A DNA stretch of 59,434 nt from a virus (Duplodnaviria; Caudoviricetes), in the IMG/VR virus record IMGVR_UViG_3300017645_000001, positions 1 to 59,434 of that record. One strand, written 5' to 3'. Under the pieces are notes generated by a model. That model ran no database searches, was not told where the DNA came from, and was given only the letters and a program-made list of their open reading frames with translations. Positions 29,230 to 37,075 of this stretch are shown in pieces (position 1 is the first letter of the stretch; each line of letters starts with the position of its first letter). Both the position numbers and the translations under genes were made by a program.

Positions 29230-29710
29230 TCAGAGCACCTTCAATCGCCAACCGGGCGTCCAGATCGCGCGTCGCAGCAGCAGGGATGCCAGCAAGCTCA
29301 GAGCGAAACGTGCCAAGAATGTCGGCAACCACAGCAAAAACGTCATCGGTTTCGATAAGCTGGCCGTCTTCGCGCGCCATCCTCTGCTCAATTGCCCGCC
29401 GCTTCGTGGCCGCCAGACGAGCCTGCGGTGTGTCGGCCGCCGCCTTCTGCTCAAGATCGTCCCGATAGGCCAAATATCCGTCCAGAACGTCGCCGATCCG
29501 GTAGGCATTCGAGCCCGATTTCTTGATCCAGCCGGCCTTTGTAAGCTGCCGGACCCGCTCGCCACTGACTTTGATGATCGATCCAGCGTCGTCGGTGGAG
29601 ACGACCAGAGCCCGCCAATCTGTGACTTTCGCATGTCCCGATTTGGCGGGCCTTTTCGATTTCGATCCAGACTTTCGTCCCGATGGGCGTTTCGGCGGGC
29701 TCAATGGCAA
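29129..29710 (-). CDS. Terminase small subunit (Nu1-like)
   Basis: Winged HTH VSGERVRQLTKAG then coiled coil, EDGQLI; overlaps terL start. Confidence 0.8.
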   Translation of the reverse strand: MPLSPPKRPSGRKSGSKSKRPAKSGHAKVTDWRALVVSTDDAGSIIKVSGERVRQLTKAGWIKKSGSNAYRIGDVLDGYLAYRDDLEQKAAADTPQARLAATKRRAIEQRMAREDGQLIETDDVFAVVADILGTFRSELAGIPAAATRDLDARLAIEGALNGAIDRCRDRFQQAERDLRAGREVLVESEETGA

Positions 29711-29793
29711 AAACCCTAATCAAAACAGCGATTTCCAGAACCCGGGTATGCTCGAAGATCGGGCCGATCTATCGCCGCACTGCAAAGCACAAA

Positions 29794-29810
29794 AAACACG
29801 GTCCCTTTTC
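29794..29810 (+). promoter_or_regulatory. Protospacer-like target of the spacer at 37537-37567, in the terS-upstream (cos/late promoter) region
   Basis: AAACACGGTCCCTTTTC is the exact reverse complement of 37550-37566. Confidence 0.8.
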
Positions 29811-29860
29811 GCATCCGCGAACATTTGGGACCCACTTTCTTCGCACCCGCGAGATAGGCG

Positions 29861-30421
29861 TCAGAGCTTGCGGAGCACCTCGTGCTCCAGGCGTGCAGGC
29901 AGGTCTCTCTCCACTGTGGCGTGGAAGACCTTGAGGCTATCGCCACTCACCAACTCTTCGGCGATGAAGAGACCGCTCTTGACGGTCTTGAGCGGGTAGC
30001 GGGCCTTGCCTGCCCTGACGACTACGGCGCCGTTCATGCGCAGAGCGACACGGTTCGGGAAGTGTCCGCCCTTGGTGAAGGTCTTGGGGTAGAGCCTGCG
30101 CTTGCTCCAAGGGGCTGCGGTTACGCCTGCCCTTGTTTCTCGGGCAGAGAAGAACTTCAAGCGGATATCCCCGCCCTTGGCCTTGATCGTGTAGCCGGTG
30201 CTGCCGTGGAGCGCGGCGCGTGTGCTGGTGACCGCCTTGTTGATGGTCTTGCGCTTGAGCCCTGTCTGCTTGGGCAGGACTGCCCGCATGGCGGTGCGGG
30301 CCTTGTCCCCGGTGTGGTTGATTGCCCGGCGCATGGCGTCGGGCTGATCCTTTGCCAGTGCCGCGAAGCGGTTGCCGAGGTCTGCTAGAGCCTTGGCGTC
30401 AACGCGGACGTTGCTGAACAT
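29861..30421 (-). CDS. Minor tail / gpZ-like protein
   Basis: AMRRAINHTGDKART...QTGLK...RLEHEV. Confidence 0.7.
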   Translation of the reverse strand: MFSNVRVDAKALADLGNRFAALAKDQPDAMRRAINHTGDKARTAMRAVLPKQTGLKRKTINKAVTSTRAALHGSTGYTIKAKGGDIRLKFFSARETRAGVTAAPWSKRRLYPKTFTKGGHFPNRVALRMNGAVVVRAGKARYPLKTVKSGLFIAEELVSGDSLKVFHATVERDLPARLEHEVLRKL

Positions 30422-30600
30422 CAGCGCCTCGCAAGGTTGGCTTTGGCAGTAGCGATCTTGGACCGAAAGTCGCGGGCATCGTCGCGGATGGTGGCCGCGA
30501 TGTCGCGGACGCTGGCGCCGACGGTCTTGAGGTCGCCGCGGGCCACGGCTTTGGCAGCGGCCAGCATGTGCTGGCCGCGTTCGTTGCAGCGACAGCCCAT
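30421..30600 (-). CDS. Small hypothetical protein (59 aa; absent from ORF track)
   Basis: MGCRCNERGQHMLAAAKAVARGD...; stop overlaps the next ATG. Confidence 0.5.
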   Translation of the reverse strand: MGCRCNERGQHMLAAAKAVARGDLKTVGASVRDIAATIRDDARDFRSKIATAKANLARR

Positions 30601-30869
30601 AACGCTTTACCGTGCCGCTGCGCCCAATCTCACAGGAAGCACCTTTACCGGCCAAGGTGGCAGATAGTACATGCCGCGCCCGAGCCAAGAAAAGCCAAGA
30701 CGGAGCGAGATGAACCGTGGCGGCCACGTCTGATTGTCCGCCTTACCGTCTGCGTTTACGGGAATCCACTTCCACCCAATGAACGGGAGAAAACTGCCGA
30801 ACAGCGGATAACCGCCCTGACCACCAAGGCTCAAGATAAATTCGCCCGTATACTCGCAACGCCAAATCT

Positions 30870-31067
30870 TCATCCTGCCCGCCTCTTCTGCCCATACAGC
30901 CGCCGACAAGCGCCCTCGATGATCTCGCGATCCTGCCACGGAATGCGGCTGTCCGTCAGGTCGATGATCGCAATCCCCTGATCGTGGTAAGCATTGCGCT
31001 TCACCGCCTCGTAATCGACGGCCCTCCCGATCTGCTGCGTCGGGTAATTCGTGGCCAGACGCATCAC
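30870..31067 (-). CDS. Small hypothetical phage protein
   Basis: Translationally coupled to the cold-shock gene. Confidence 0.6.
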   Translation of the reverse strand: MMRLATNYPTQQIGRAVDYEAVKRNAYHDQGIAIIDLTDSRIPWQDREIIEGACRRLYGQKRRAG

Positions 31068-31273
31068 GCGGCGAGGCTCACATTGACGGCCTTGGCGCCT
31101 TTCGTGTCTTCTTTGACGTCGAAGGAAAGCCTTGTTCCGTCTACCAGTGTCTTCCCGTTGATGCCGGCGGCATCGAGAACCTTCGCGTGGAGGAACACGT
31201 CCTTATCGCCTTCCCTCTCGATAAAGCCGTAGCCCTTGTCCGAATTGAACCACTTCAGTTTACCTGTTGCCAC
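31064..31273 (-). CDS. Cold-shock domain protein
   Basis: GKLKWFNSDKGYGFI (RNP1), DVFLH (RNP2). Confidence 0.95.
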   Translation of the reverse strand: MATGKLKWFNSDKGYGFIEREGDKDVFLHAKVLDAAGINGKTLVDGTRLSFDVKEDTKGAKAVNVSLAA

Positions 31274-31274
31274 G

Positions 31275-31937
31275 TCACGCTCCTACGGGCGCCGGCTCCA
31301 ATCCGAGCTTGCGCCGCTTCTTTGCCTCGATCTTTGCCCGTCGCTCGGCTTGATGCTGAGCCCAGGAGAAGTCTCTTTGTTCAGGAAGATCGGACCAGAC
31401 CGATTCAGTTCGTTCAGTCACTCGTTGTCCGATCGTATGTGTTTCTTGTCGCTCAAGGCTCGAAGTTGCGCAACAATGATTGCTTGTTGTGGGCTTCAAC
31501 AAAATTTGGTCGTTGTCTAGATCGCCGGCGATTTTAACAAACAACCGCTCAAGCCGGTCATAGGCGGTTCGCCGCTGCCATCCAAATGCGCGACATACAC
31601 GTGAGAATGAGTGACCACTCGCTGCGCTGAACGCCCAGAACCAAACTAAACGGCGCCGGTCCTCGACAACATACTTTGGAGTCCATTCGCACAGCACTTC
31701 GTCATAGCGACTGATAGCATCGGCAGAAGGCGGCAACCGCCGGAACCGCATTTCGCGTTCCTCAGCAAGTCGCTTGCTCCCCCATCCGCTCATATCCGCG
31801 AAAGAGTGAACGTACTCCGGCCAGAAAGTGGTTTTCTCAGATGGTCCAAAACGGCCGAGCGGAGAACGCCTTTCAACGTCGGCAGCTTCGACGAAACGCG
31901 CACGCACAATTTCGGCGGTCCACATGTTCGTCCTCAT
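31275..31937 (-). CDS. Putative late transcription regulator (DUF6362-like, C-terminal HTH)
   Basis: WT...V..RF.EAA...WPE...PS..AISR.DEV..W...RRLVW; Q-like position. Confidence 0.65.
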   Translation of the reverse strand: MRTNMWTAEIVRARFVEAADVERRSPLGRFGPSEKTTFWPEYVHSFADMSGWGSKRLAEEREMRFRRLPPSADAISRYDEVLCEWTPKYVVEDRRRLVWFWAFSAASGHSFSRVCRAFGWQRRTAYDRLERLFVKIAGDLDNDQILLKPTTSNHCCATSSLERQETHTIGQRVTERTESVWSDLPEQRDFSWAQHQAERRAKIEAKKRRKLGLEPAPVGA

Positions 31938-32359
31938 ATCAATGTCGGCTGCGTTTCCGGCTTAAAATGCACTCTGAGTTGATCTAGCAGCAACGTAGCG
32001 ATCGTGTCATGCGCTGCGACGACCCCCTTATTGGCTTTTGCCCTGGAATACATTTCAGCCAAGTCGGCGCCATCCAGCACTTCAAGAAACTTACTTGCGT
32101 CATTGGCATACCAGGTCGGATTCTCGGCCATGATCCGGCTTACTGCCTTTATGACTGGCGCAATCAGCATGTTGCGATTGTTCTCGCTCTCCGTCAGGAC
32201 GGTCAACACGTCACGTAAGTGCGTCTCGCCTTTCACGCGTAGAATCTTTGCCAGCGTGTTGCCGGCCGCCGTCTGCATCGACGTAAACGGCCGATGTTGC
32301 GCGGGCTGCACAACGGTGACGCCGAAATCTTGGCAGATTTTGCAAAGATCGTTTGTCAT
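31934..32359 (-). CDS. Conserved phage hypothetical protein
   Basis: Coupled ORF, GE.HLR.VL....ESENN. Confidence 0.65.
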   Translation of the reverse strand: MTNDLCKICQDFGVTVVQPAQHRPFTSMQTAAGNTLAKILRVKGETHLRDVLTVLTESENNRNMLIAPVIKAVSRIMAENPTWYANDASKFLEVLDGADLAEMYSRAKANKGVVAAHDTIATLLLDQLRVHFKPETQPTLI

Positions 32360-32760
32360 GCCGGGAACTGGATCACGTTCTGCGGCTCAGTTTGACGCGA
32401 TCTATCCTCTTCGTATGCCCGCAACAGGTCTAAGCCGCTCCAAAGGCTAAATTCGAATAAGATTTCTTCGTCTTCAACTGCCACGGCCGGATGGCGTTCT
32501 CGAACATTCCTTAGCACAAGGTGATACGACGGCGCCGTCCCGCCTCGGTATCCTCCGGCAAGGATGGCAATACTGGCCAATACCTGTTCACGCTCCAAAT
32601 CTCTCAACGCATCCTTAATTGCCTCAAGTCTCACTAACGGCGATACCTCTCTGAACGCGTCCAAACTATTATTATTGACCACTTCTGCTGACCCGCCCTC
32701 CCATTCAGAAAAATGGCATCTGATTTTCAGCGTGAGCCCCTTCGGATGATTTTTTATCAT
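32356..32760 (-). CDS. Hypothetical protein, AT-richer than neighbours
   Basis: Coupled to flanking genes by ATGA overlaps. Confidence 0.55.
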   Translation of the reverse strand: MIKNHPKGLTLKIRCHFSEWEGGSAEVVNNNSLDAFREVSPLVRLEAIKDALRDLEREQVLASIAILAGGYRGGTAPSYHLVLRNVRERHPAVAVEDEEILFEFSLWSGLDLLRAYEEDRSRQTEPQNVIQFPA

Positions 32761-34124
32761 TCAACACTCCCGAACGTGTAAGTGCGCCCGTTGAAAGGCA
32801 TCGTCAGCCATTGGCCGTCGTCGTCATCGCGCATCTTGAGCGCGCCAATTTCAGCTTGGTCTCGCCACTTCTCCATCTTCCCGGCCCATTCATCGTGAGC
32901 GCGGTGATCGGATTCCTCCGGTTCGCGCTGTTTCAGCCATTTCCGCGGCAGCGTGACGCCGAGCATCACGTCGCTAGCCTGTTTGATGGCGTCACCGCCG
33001 TACAGCGCCTGATCCGTGAACCGCCAGGTATTGGCGTTGCCCTGAGACCCGCGAGTAAGCTGCGCAAGCAGGATGATCGGGATATCCAGTTCCTTGGCTA
33101 GTTCCTTAAACGCCATCGCCGCGTATTCGACCGTTTCGACCTTGGTCCAGCGCGGATTTTCTGGCCTGACAAGCAGGGCATGATCAATCGCCACACAGCC
33201 GAGCCCGTGTTGGCGGTGGAATGATCTGATCTTCGAGCAGATGGCCGATGTTCGCTGCTGCCCGCAGTCGTCGATATAGAGGCGAACACTCTGAGCCTCG
33301 TCGGCGGCCTCCCGCAGGCTGTCAAAACCGAACATGTCGATATCGCCGGCCCGCTGCTTCCTGACCGGGATCTGAGTCCAGGATGACAAGGTCCGCATCG
33401 CAATCTGCGTCGCGGTCATCTCTTGGCTTATGAGCAACGCAGGCTTTCCGTTCGGACCGCTGGCCGCATGACGGAGCATCTGCAGGGCCAGTGTGGTCTT
33501 CCCCTCGCCGCTCCGCGCAGCGATCGTTACAAGGTCACCGCCCATCATCGGGCCGATCAGGCGATCCAATTCGAGGATGCCCGTGGTGACGCCGATCTGG
33601 ACTTCGCCCTTGCACCGAAAGTTCTCGGCCGTTCGATCCAATGATGTCCGCACCGCATCGCCGAGCCGGGTTATGTGCGACGACACCCCATCGAACACGG
33701 TCGAGAGCAGGACTGTCTCGATGTCCGCAATGATATCGCTGATCGATTTGGACGGGTCCTGAGCAGCGTTGCGAGCCGAGACCGCCATATCCGCGATCCT
33801 GCGACGGCCGAACGCCTCCAAAATGCTGTCCGCATAATCCTGCGCCGAACCTGCATCCTCTGCGTTGGCGCGCAGCACAGCGATGATCGCTGCCTTTGGT
33901 CCGCCCTCGTCTGGATATTCAGGCTGGATTCCAGGATGCGCCGCCAGTGTGGTCAGCGAGACCCTGCGACCCTTCTCGGCAAGATCGATGATCGCCTTGT
34001 AAATATCCCGGCAGGCCGAGCTGACCAGCATCTCAGGCTTAACCGTCATCACAGTCCAGACGGATTCGGGAGACCGAAGCAGGCAACCGATAAAGGCACG
34101 TTCGATGGCGAGGAGGTCGCTCAC
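32757..34124 (-). CDS. dnaB: Replicative DNA helicase
   Basis: AARSGEGKT, SQEM, AIDH, KELAKELDIPIILLAQL. Confidence 0.92.
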   Translation of the reverse strand: MSDLLAIERAFIGCLLRSPESVWTVMTVKPEMLVSSACRDIYKAIIDLAEKGRRVSLTTLAAHPGIQPEYPDEGGPKAAIIAVLRANAEDAGSAQDYADSILEAFGRRRIADMAVSARNAAQDPSKSISDIIADIETVLLSTVFDGVSSHITRLGDAVRTSLDRTAENFRCKGEVQIGVTTGILELDRLIGPMMGGDLVTIAARSGEGKTTLALQMLRHAASGPNGKPALLISQEMTATQIAMRTLSSWTQIPVRKQRAGDIDMFGFDSLREAADEAQSVRLYIDDCGQQRTSAICSKIRSFHRQHGLGCVAIDHALLVRPENPRWTKVETVEYAAMAFKELAKELDIPIILLAQLTRGSQGNANTWRFTDQALYGGDAIKQASDVMLGVTLPRKWLKQREPEESDHRAHDEWAGKMEKWRDQAEIGALKMRDDDDGQWLTMPFNGRTYTFGSVE

Positions 34125-35185
34125 GCCGCCTCTCCCACGCCGTTCTGCCAGAGGTCGAGATAATCGAGACCGGCTGGCGGCTCAGCGACGATCAGGCAAT
34201 CCACGCTTGCCGCGGCGAGCTTCTCCTTCAGTGTGAGAGCCGCTTTGCGGCCGGCCGGGATGGCAGGGACAAAACCTCCATCCTTGCGCCGCATCGGGCG
34301 GTCGCCGTCCGGGTAAATATCAACACGATCAACAAAGAGCGGCGCGTCGAACCCGGTCATCCCCGCGGTCGAGAGCACCGACCAAACTGGATAGGCAAAC
34401 TCGATCAGCGCCCATGCACCGAGAGCCGTTCTGACGCCCTCGGCGACGCCGATCCGCGCAGCGCCGCCGCCAAGCCGCACAGCTCCGCCAGATACCGGGC
34501 CAAGCCCGAGCTTCTGCAGTTCAACGTCGGCCTTCTGCCCATCCGGCGAGATAAACTCCCGCCAGACGCCGATCTGATCGCCATGCAGGTTGTCGACGCG
34601 GGCCACAAGCGCAGGCATCCGGCCCTTGTCGGGATACGGCAGCGCTGGATGAAAGCCCAAACACTCCGGCCATCCTCCGGGCGGCGTCGGCAATCCAAAG
34701 TTATGCAGATAGGTCTCAGCCAAGGTGCCAGCGATCGGCTTGGCCTCTGACCAGATGCGTTGAGCCGTGGCGAGCGTGTTCTCCTGATATGCCCGTTCCT
34801 CGGCGTCTCGCTGGCGCTGAGCGGCTTCCGCTTCCTGCCTGCGCCGATCTCGCTCCGCCCGTTCTTCCGCGCTCAGCGGCCTCGCCTTGCCGTTTGGCGG
34901 TGGCTCCCCGGTCAGGCTCTCGCAAGCCTGTGTAAACGACAGGCCGGCAACGTGCATCACGAGGCCGATGGCATCGTTGCCACCTTTCGCGCCGCGGCAG
35001 TTCCAGACTGACTTCGCCGGATGGATGGACATTCGGTCGCGCCCGCCGCACGCCGGGCACGGCCCCATCCATTCAGCACCATGGCGCTTGAGTTTGGCAC
35101 CGTGCTGCGCTGCCGCCGTCAGCAGGTCGACGGCGTTCGCGTCTTCCTTCCATTTGGCGAAGCGTTCGTCGGCGGCTCGGCTCAT
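34121..35185 (-). CDS. DNA primase (Zn finger plus Toprim)
   Basis: GPCPACGGRDR...WNCRG; VAEGVRTAL; YPDGD. Confidence 0.88.
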   Translation of the reverse strand: MSRAADERFAKWKEDANAVDLLTAAAQHGAKLKRHGAEWMGPCPACGGRDRMSIHPAKSVWNCRGAKGGNDAIGLVMHVAGLSFTQACESLTGEPPPNGKARPLSAEERAERDRRRQEAEAAQRQRDAEERAYQENTLATAQRIWSEAKPIAGTLAETYLHNFGLPTPPGGWPECLGFHPALPYPDKGRMPALVARVDNLHGDQIGVWREFISPDGQKADVELQKLGLGPVSGGAVRLGGGAARIGVAEGVRTALGAWALIEFAYPVWSVLSTAGMTGFDAPLFVDRVDIYPDGDRPMRRKDGGFVPAIPAGRKAALTLKEKLAAASVDCLIVAEPPAGLDYLDLWQNGVGEAA

Positions 35186-35187
35186 GG

Positions 35188-36294
35188 CTAAATCCGCATC
35201 GGCATCAGCACGTAGAGCGCGCCGTTGCCGTCTTTGGATTTGATGATTGTCGGTGAGCCGGCCTGATCGAGGTCCATTACAACCGTGTCGCCCTCGATCT
35301 GGGCGACGATGTCGAGCAGATATCGGGCGTTGAAACCGATCTCCAACGGTTCAGCGTCATAGCCGGCCTCGACCTCTTCCGACGCACTGCCGCTGTCCGG
35401 GTTTGTTACCGATAGATCGAGATTGCCTTTGGACAGCGTTAGCTTGGTTGCCTTACCCTTCTCGCTCGACACCGTTGCGACGCGATCAATGGCGGCGTGA
35501 AACTCGGCGCGGTCGATCTCCAAGGTCTTGTCGTTGCCTTGCGGTATGACCCGACGATAATCGGGAAACGTGCCGTCGATAAGCTTCGAGGTTAGAACGG
35601 CATCCCCACAAGTTACCCTGATCTTGCTGTCGGATAGTTCGACAGTGACGGCCTCAGCACCGTCCAAGAGCCTCTGGATTTCCCCGACCGTCTTGCGCGG
35701 AATAATCACCCCGGACATGTCTGCGGCGCCGGCGGGAAGATCAAGATCAACAAGCGCCAGTCTATGGCCGTCCGTCGCCACGCCGCGCAGTTTACCGTTC
35801 TCGACGTGCAGATAGATACCGTTGAGGTAGTAGCGGGTTTCCTCTGTTGAGATAGCGAACTCAGTCTTTTCAATCAGCCGCCGCAGGTCGCCGGCCGCGA
35901 TGTCGAACCGGGTCGGCAGCTCTCCCGGTGCCATGTCGGGAAAATCGCTAACTGGTAGAACCGGCAGTTTGAACCGTGACCGACCGCAAGCCACGGTCAA
36001 AGTCGCGTCATCGGCCTTCAACGAGACTTCCGATCCCTCCGGCAGCTTTCGAGCGATATCGTAGAGCGTCGTGGCCGGCACGGTGATGGCGCTCTTACTG
36101 GCTGACGCCACCTCCACCGAAGCAACGACCTCGATATCAAGGTCCGTGGCGGTGATTGCCAACGTCTTGCTCGAGTTGCGTAACAGGACGTTAGCCAGGA
36201 TCGGGATTGTGCTTCTCCGAGGCACGACGCGATGCACACGGCCAAGGCAACCGATCAACGCATCACGGCTCAAAACGACATTAAAACCCGTCAC
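35188..36294 (-). CDS. dnaN: DNA polymerase III beta sliding clamp (phage copy)
   Basis: RRSTIPILANV, ATDLD, STEETRYYLNG, ATDGHRL, FPDY.RVIP, VLMPMR; GTG start overlapping upstream stop. Confidence 0.95.
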   Translation of the reverse strand: MTGFNVVLSRDALIGCLGRVHRVVPRRSTIPILANVLLRNSSKTLAITATDLDIEVVASVEVASASKSAITVPATTLYDIARKLPEGSEVSLKADDATLTVACGRSRFKLPVLPVSDFPDMAPGELPTRFDIAAGDLRRLIEKTEFAISTEETRYYLNGIYLHVENGKLRGVATDGHRLALVDLDLPAGAADMSGVIIPRKTVGEIQRLLDGAEAVTVELSDSKIRVTCGDAVLTSKLIDGTFPDYRRVIPQGNDKTLEIDRAEFHAAIDRVATVSSEKGKATKLTLSKGNLDLSVTNPDSGSASEEVEAGYDAEPLEIGFNARYLLDIVAQIEGDTVVMDLDQAGSPTIIKSKDGNGALYVLMPMRI

Positions 36295-36809
36295 AGCCCC
36301 ATCTCCATCGTCCGCAATTCCCCGTTCAGCCACCACGCCACTCCAAGTGCGTCGCTGGCATCCTTCGATTTCAGGCCCGGCACAATCCGTTGCGCCAGCG
36401 CCAACACGTCGTCCTTGGTTGCCCGGCCACTGCCGGTGAATGCCTTCCGCCATGAAGCTTGATGGACCTCCCGGCATTCGAGGCCGAGCCGGGCGCATGT
36501 CTCAATGGCATGGGCGCGAAGCCCGTAAAGCCGGAGATACGTCTTCATCGTGACCGGGTTCATCTTCTCGCCCGGATTTGCGCCACGCCGACGGTCCGCA
36601 ACCTCAATGTCAGTACGTAGCGGCTGCTCTACTGCCACCATCTCAACGCGATGATCGAGCAAGGTCCGCCGAAGCCACTTGCGGAAGGAGAGAAAGACCT
36701 CTCCCTCCGTTTTGCCGGTGGCTCTGAACGCCTCAACATGCAGGACACGCGATCCGTCAAGGATCGCGCACCCGGTTGTCGTGGCAATGTCGAGGCCGGC
36801 CACGATCAT
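36291..36809 (-). CDS. RuvC-like Holliday junction resolvase
   Basis: GLDIAT, VAVEQP, WRK.FTG.G.A.K, DASDALG. Confidence 0.85.
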   Translation of the reverse strand: MIVAGLDIATTTGCAILDGSRVLHVEAFRATGKTEGEVFLSFRKWLRRTLLDHRVEMVAVEQPLRTDIEVADRRRGANPGEKMNPVTMKTYLRLYGLRAHAIETCARLGLECREVHQASWRKAFTGSGRATKDDVLALAQRIVPGLKSKDASDALGVAWWLNGELRTMEMGL

Positions 36810-37070
36810 CTAGGCCGCTCTTTTCTGATGGCTGAGCGCCTTCTTGCCTGCTCCTGCCTGAATGAGCTTGGCCTCAACCTCGACAAGGCGACCCTGGTTA
36901 AGACGGGATTCGAGGCGAACCTTGACGGCGGTATTCACCCGGCCAAATGCTTCGGAAGCGAGCTTGCCCTGTTTCAAATCCGCCTTGCGCTGTAGCGCCT
37001 CTGCCGCCAGCGCCGACGCGCCTTCGATGACCGCATCAAGCGCAGCGAGTTCTTTACTGATAGTGCTCAT
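36810..37070 (-). CDS. Hypothetical protein
   Basis: 86-aa helical ORF tightly coupled in the operon. Confidence 0.6.
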   Translation of the reverse strand: MSTISKELAALDAVIEGASALAAEALQRKADLKQGKLASEAFGRVNTAVKVRLESRLNQGRLVEVEAKLIQAGAGKKALSHQKRAA

Positions 37071-37075
37071 TGTGA

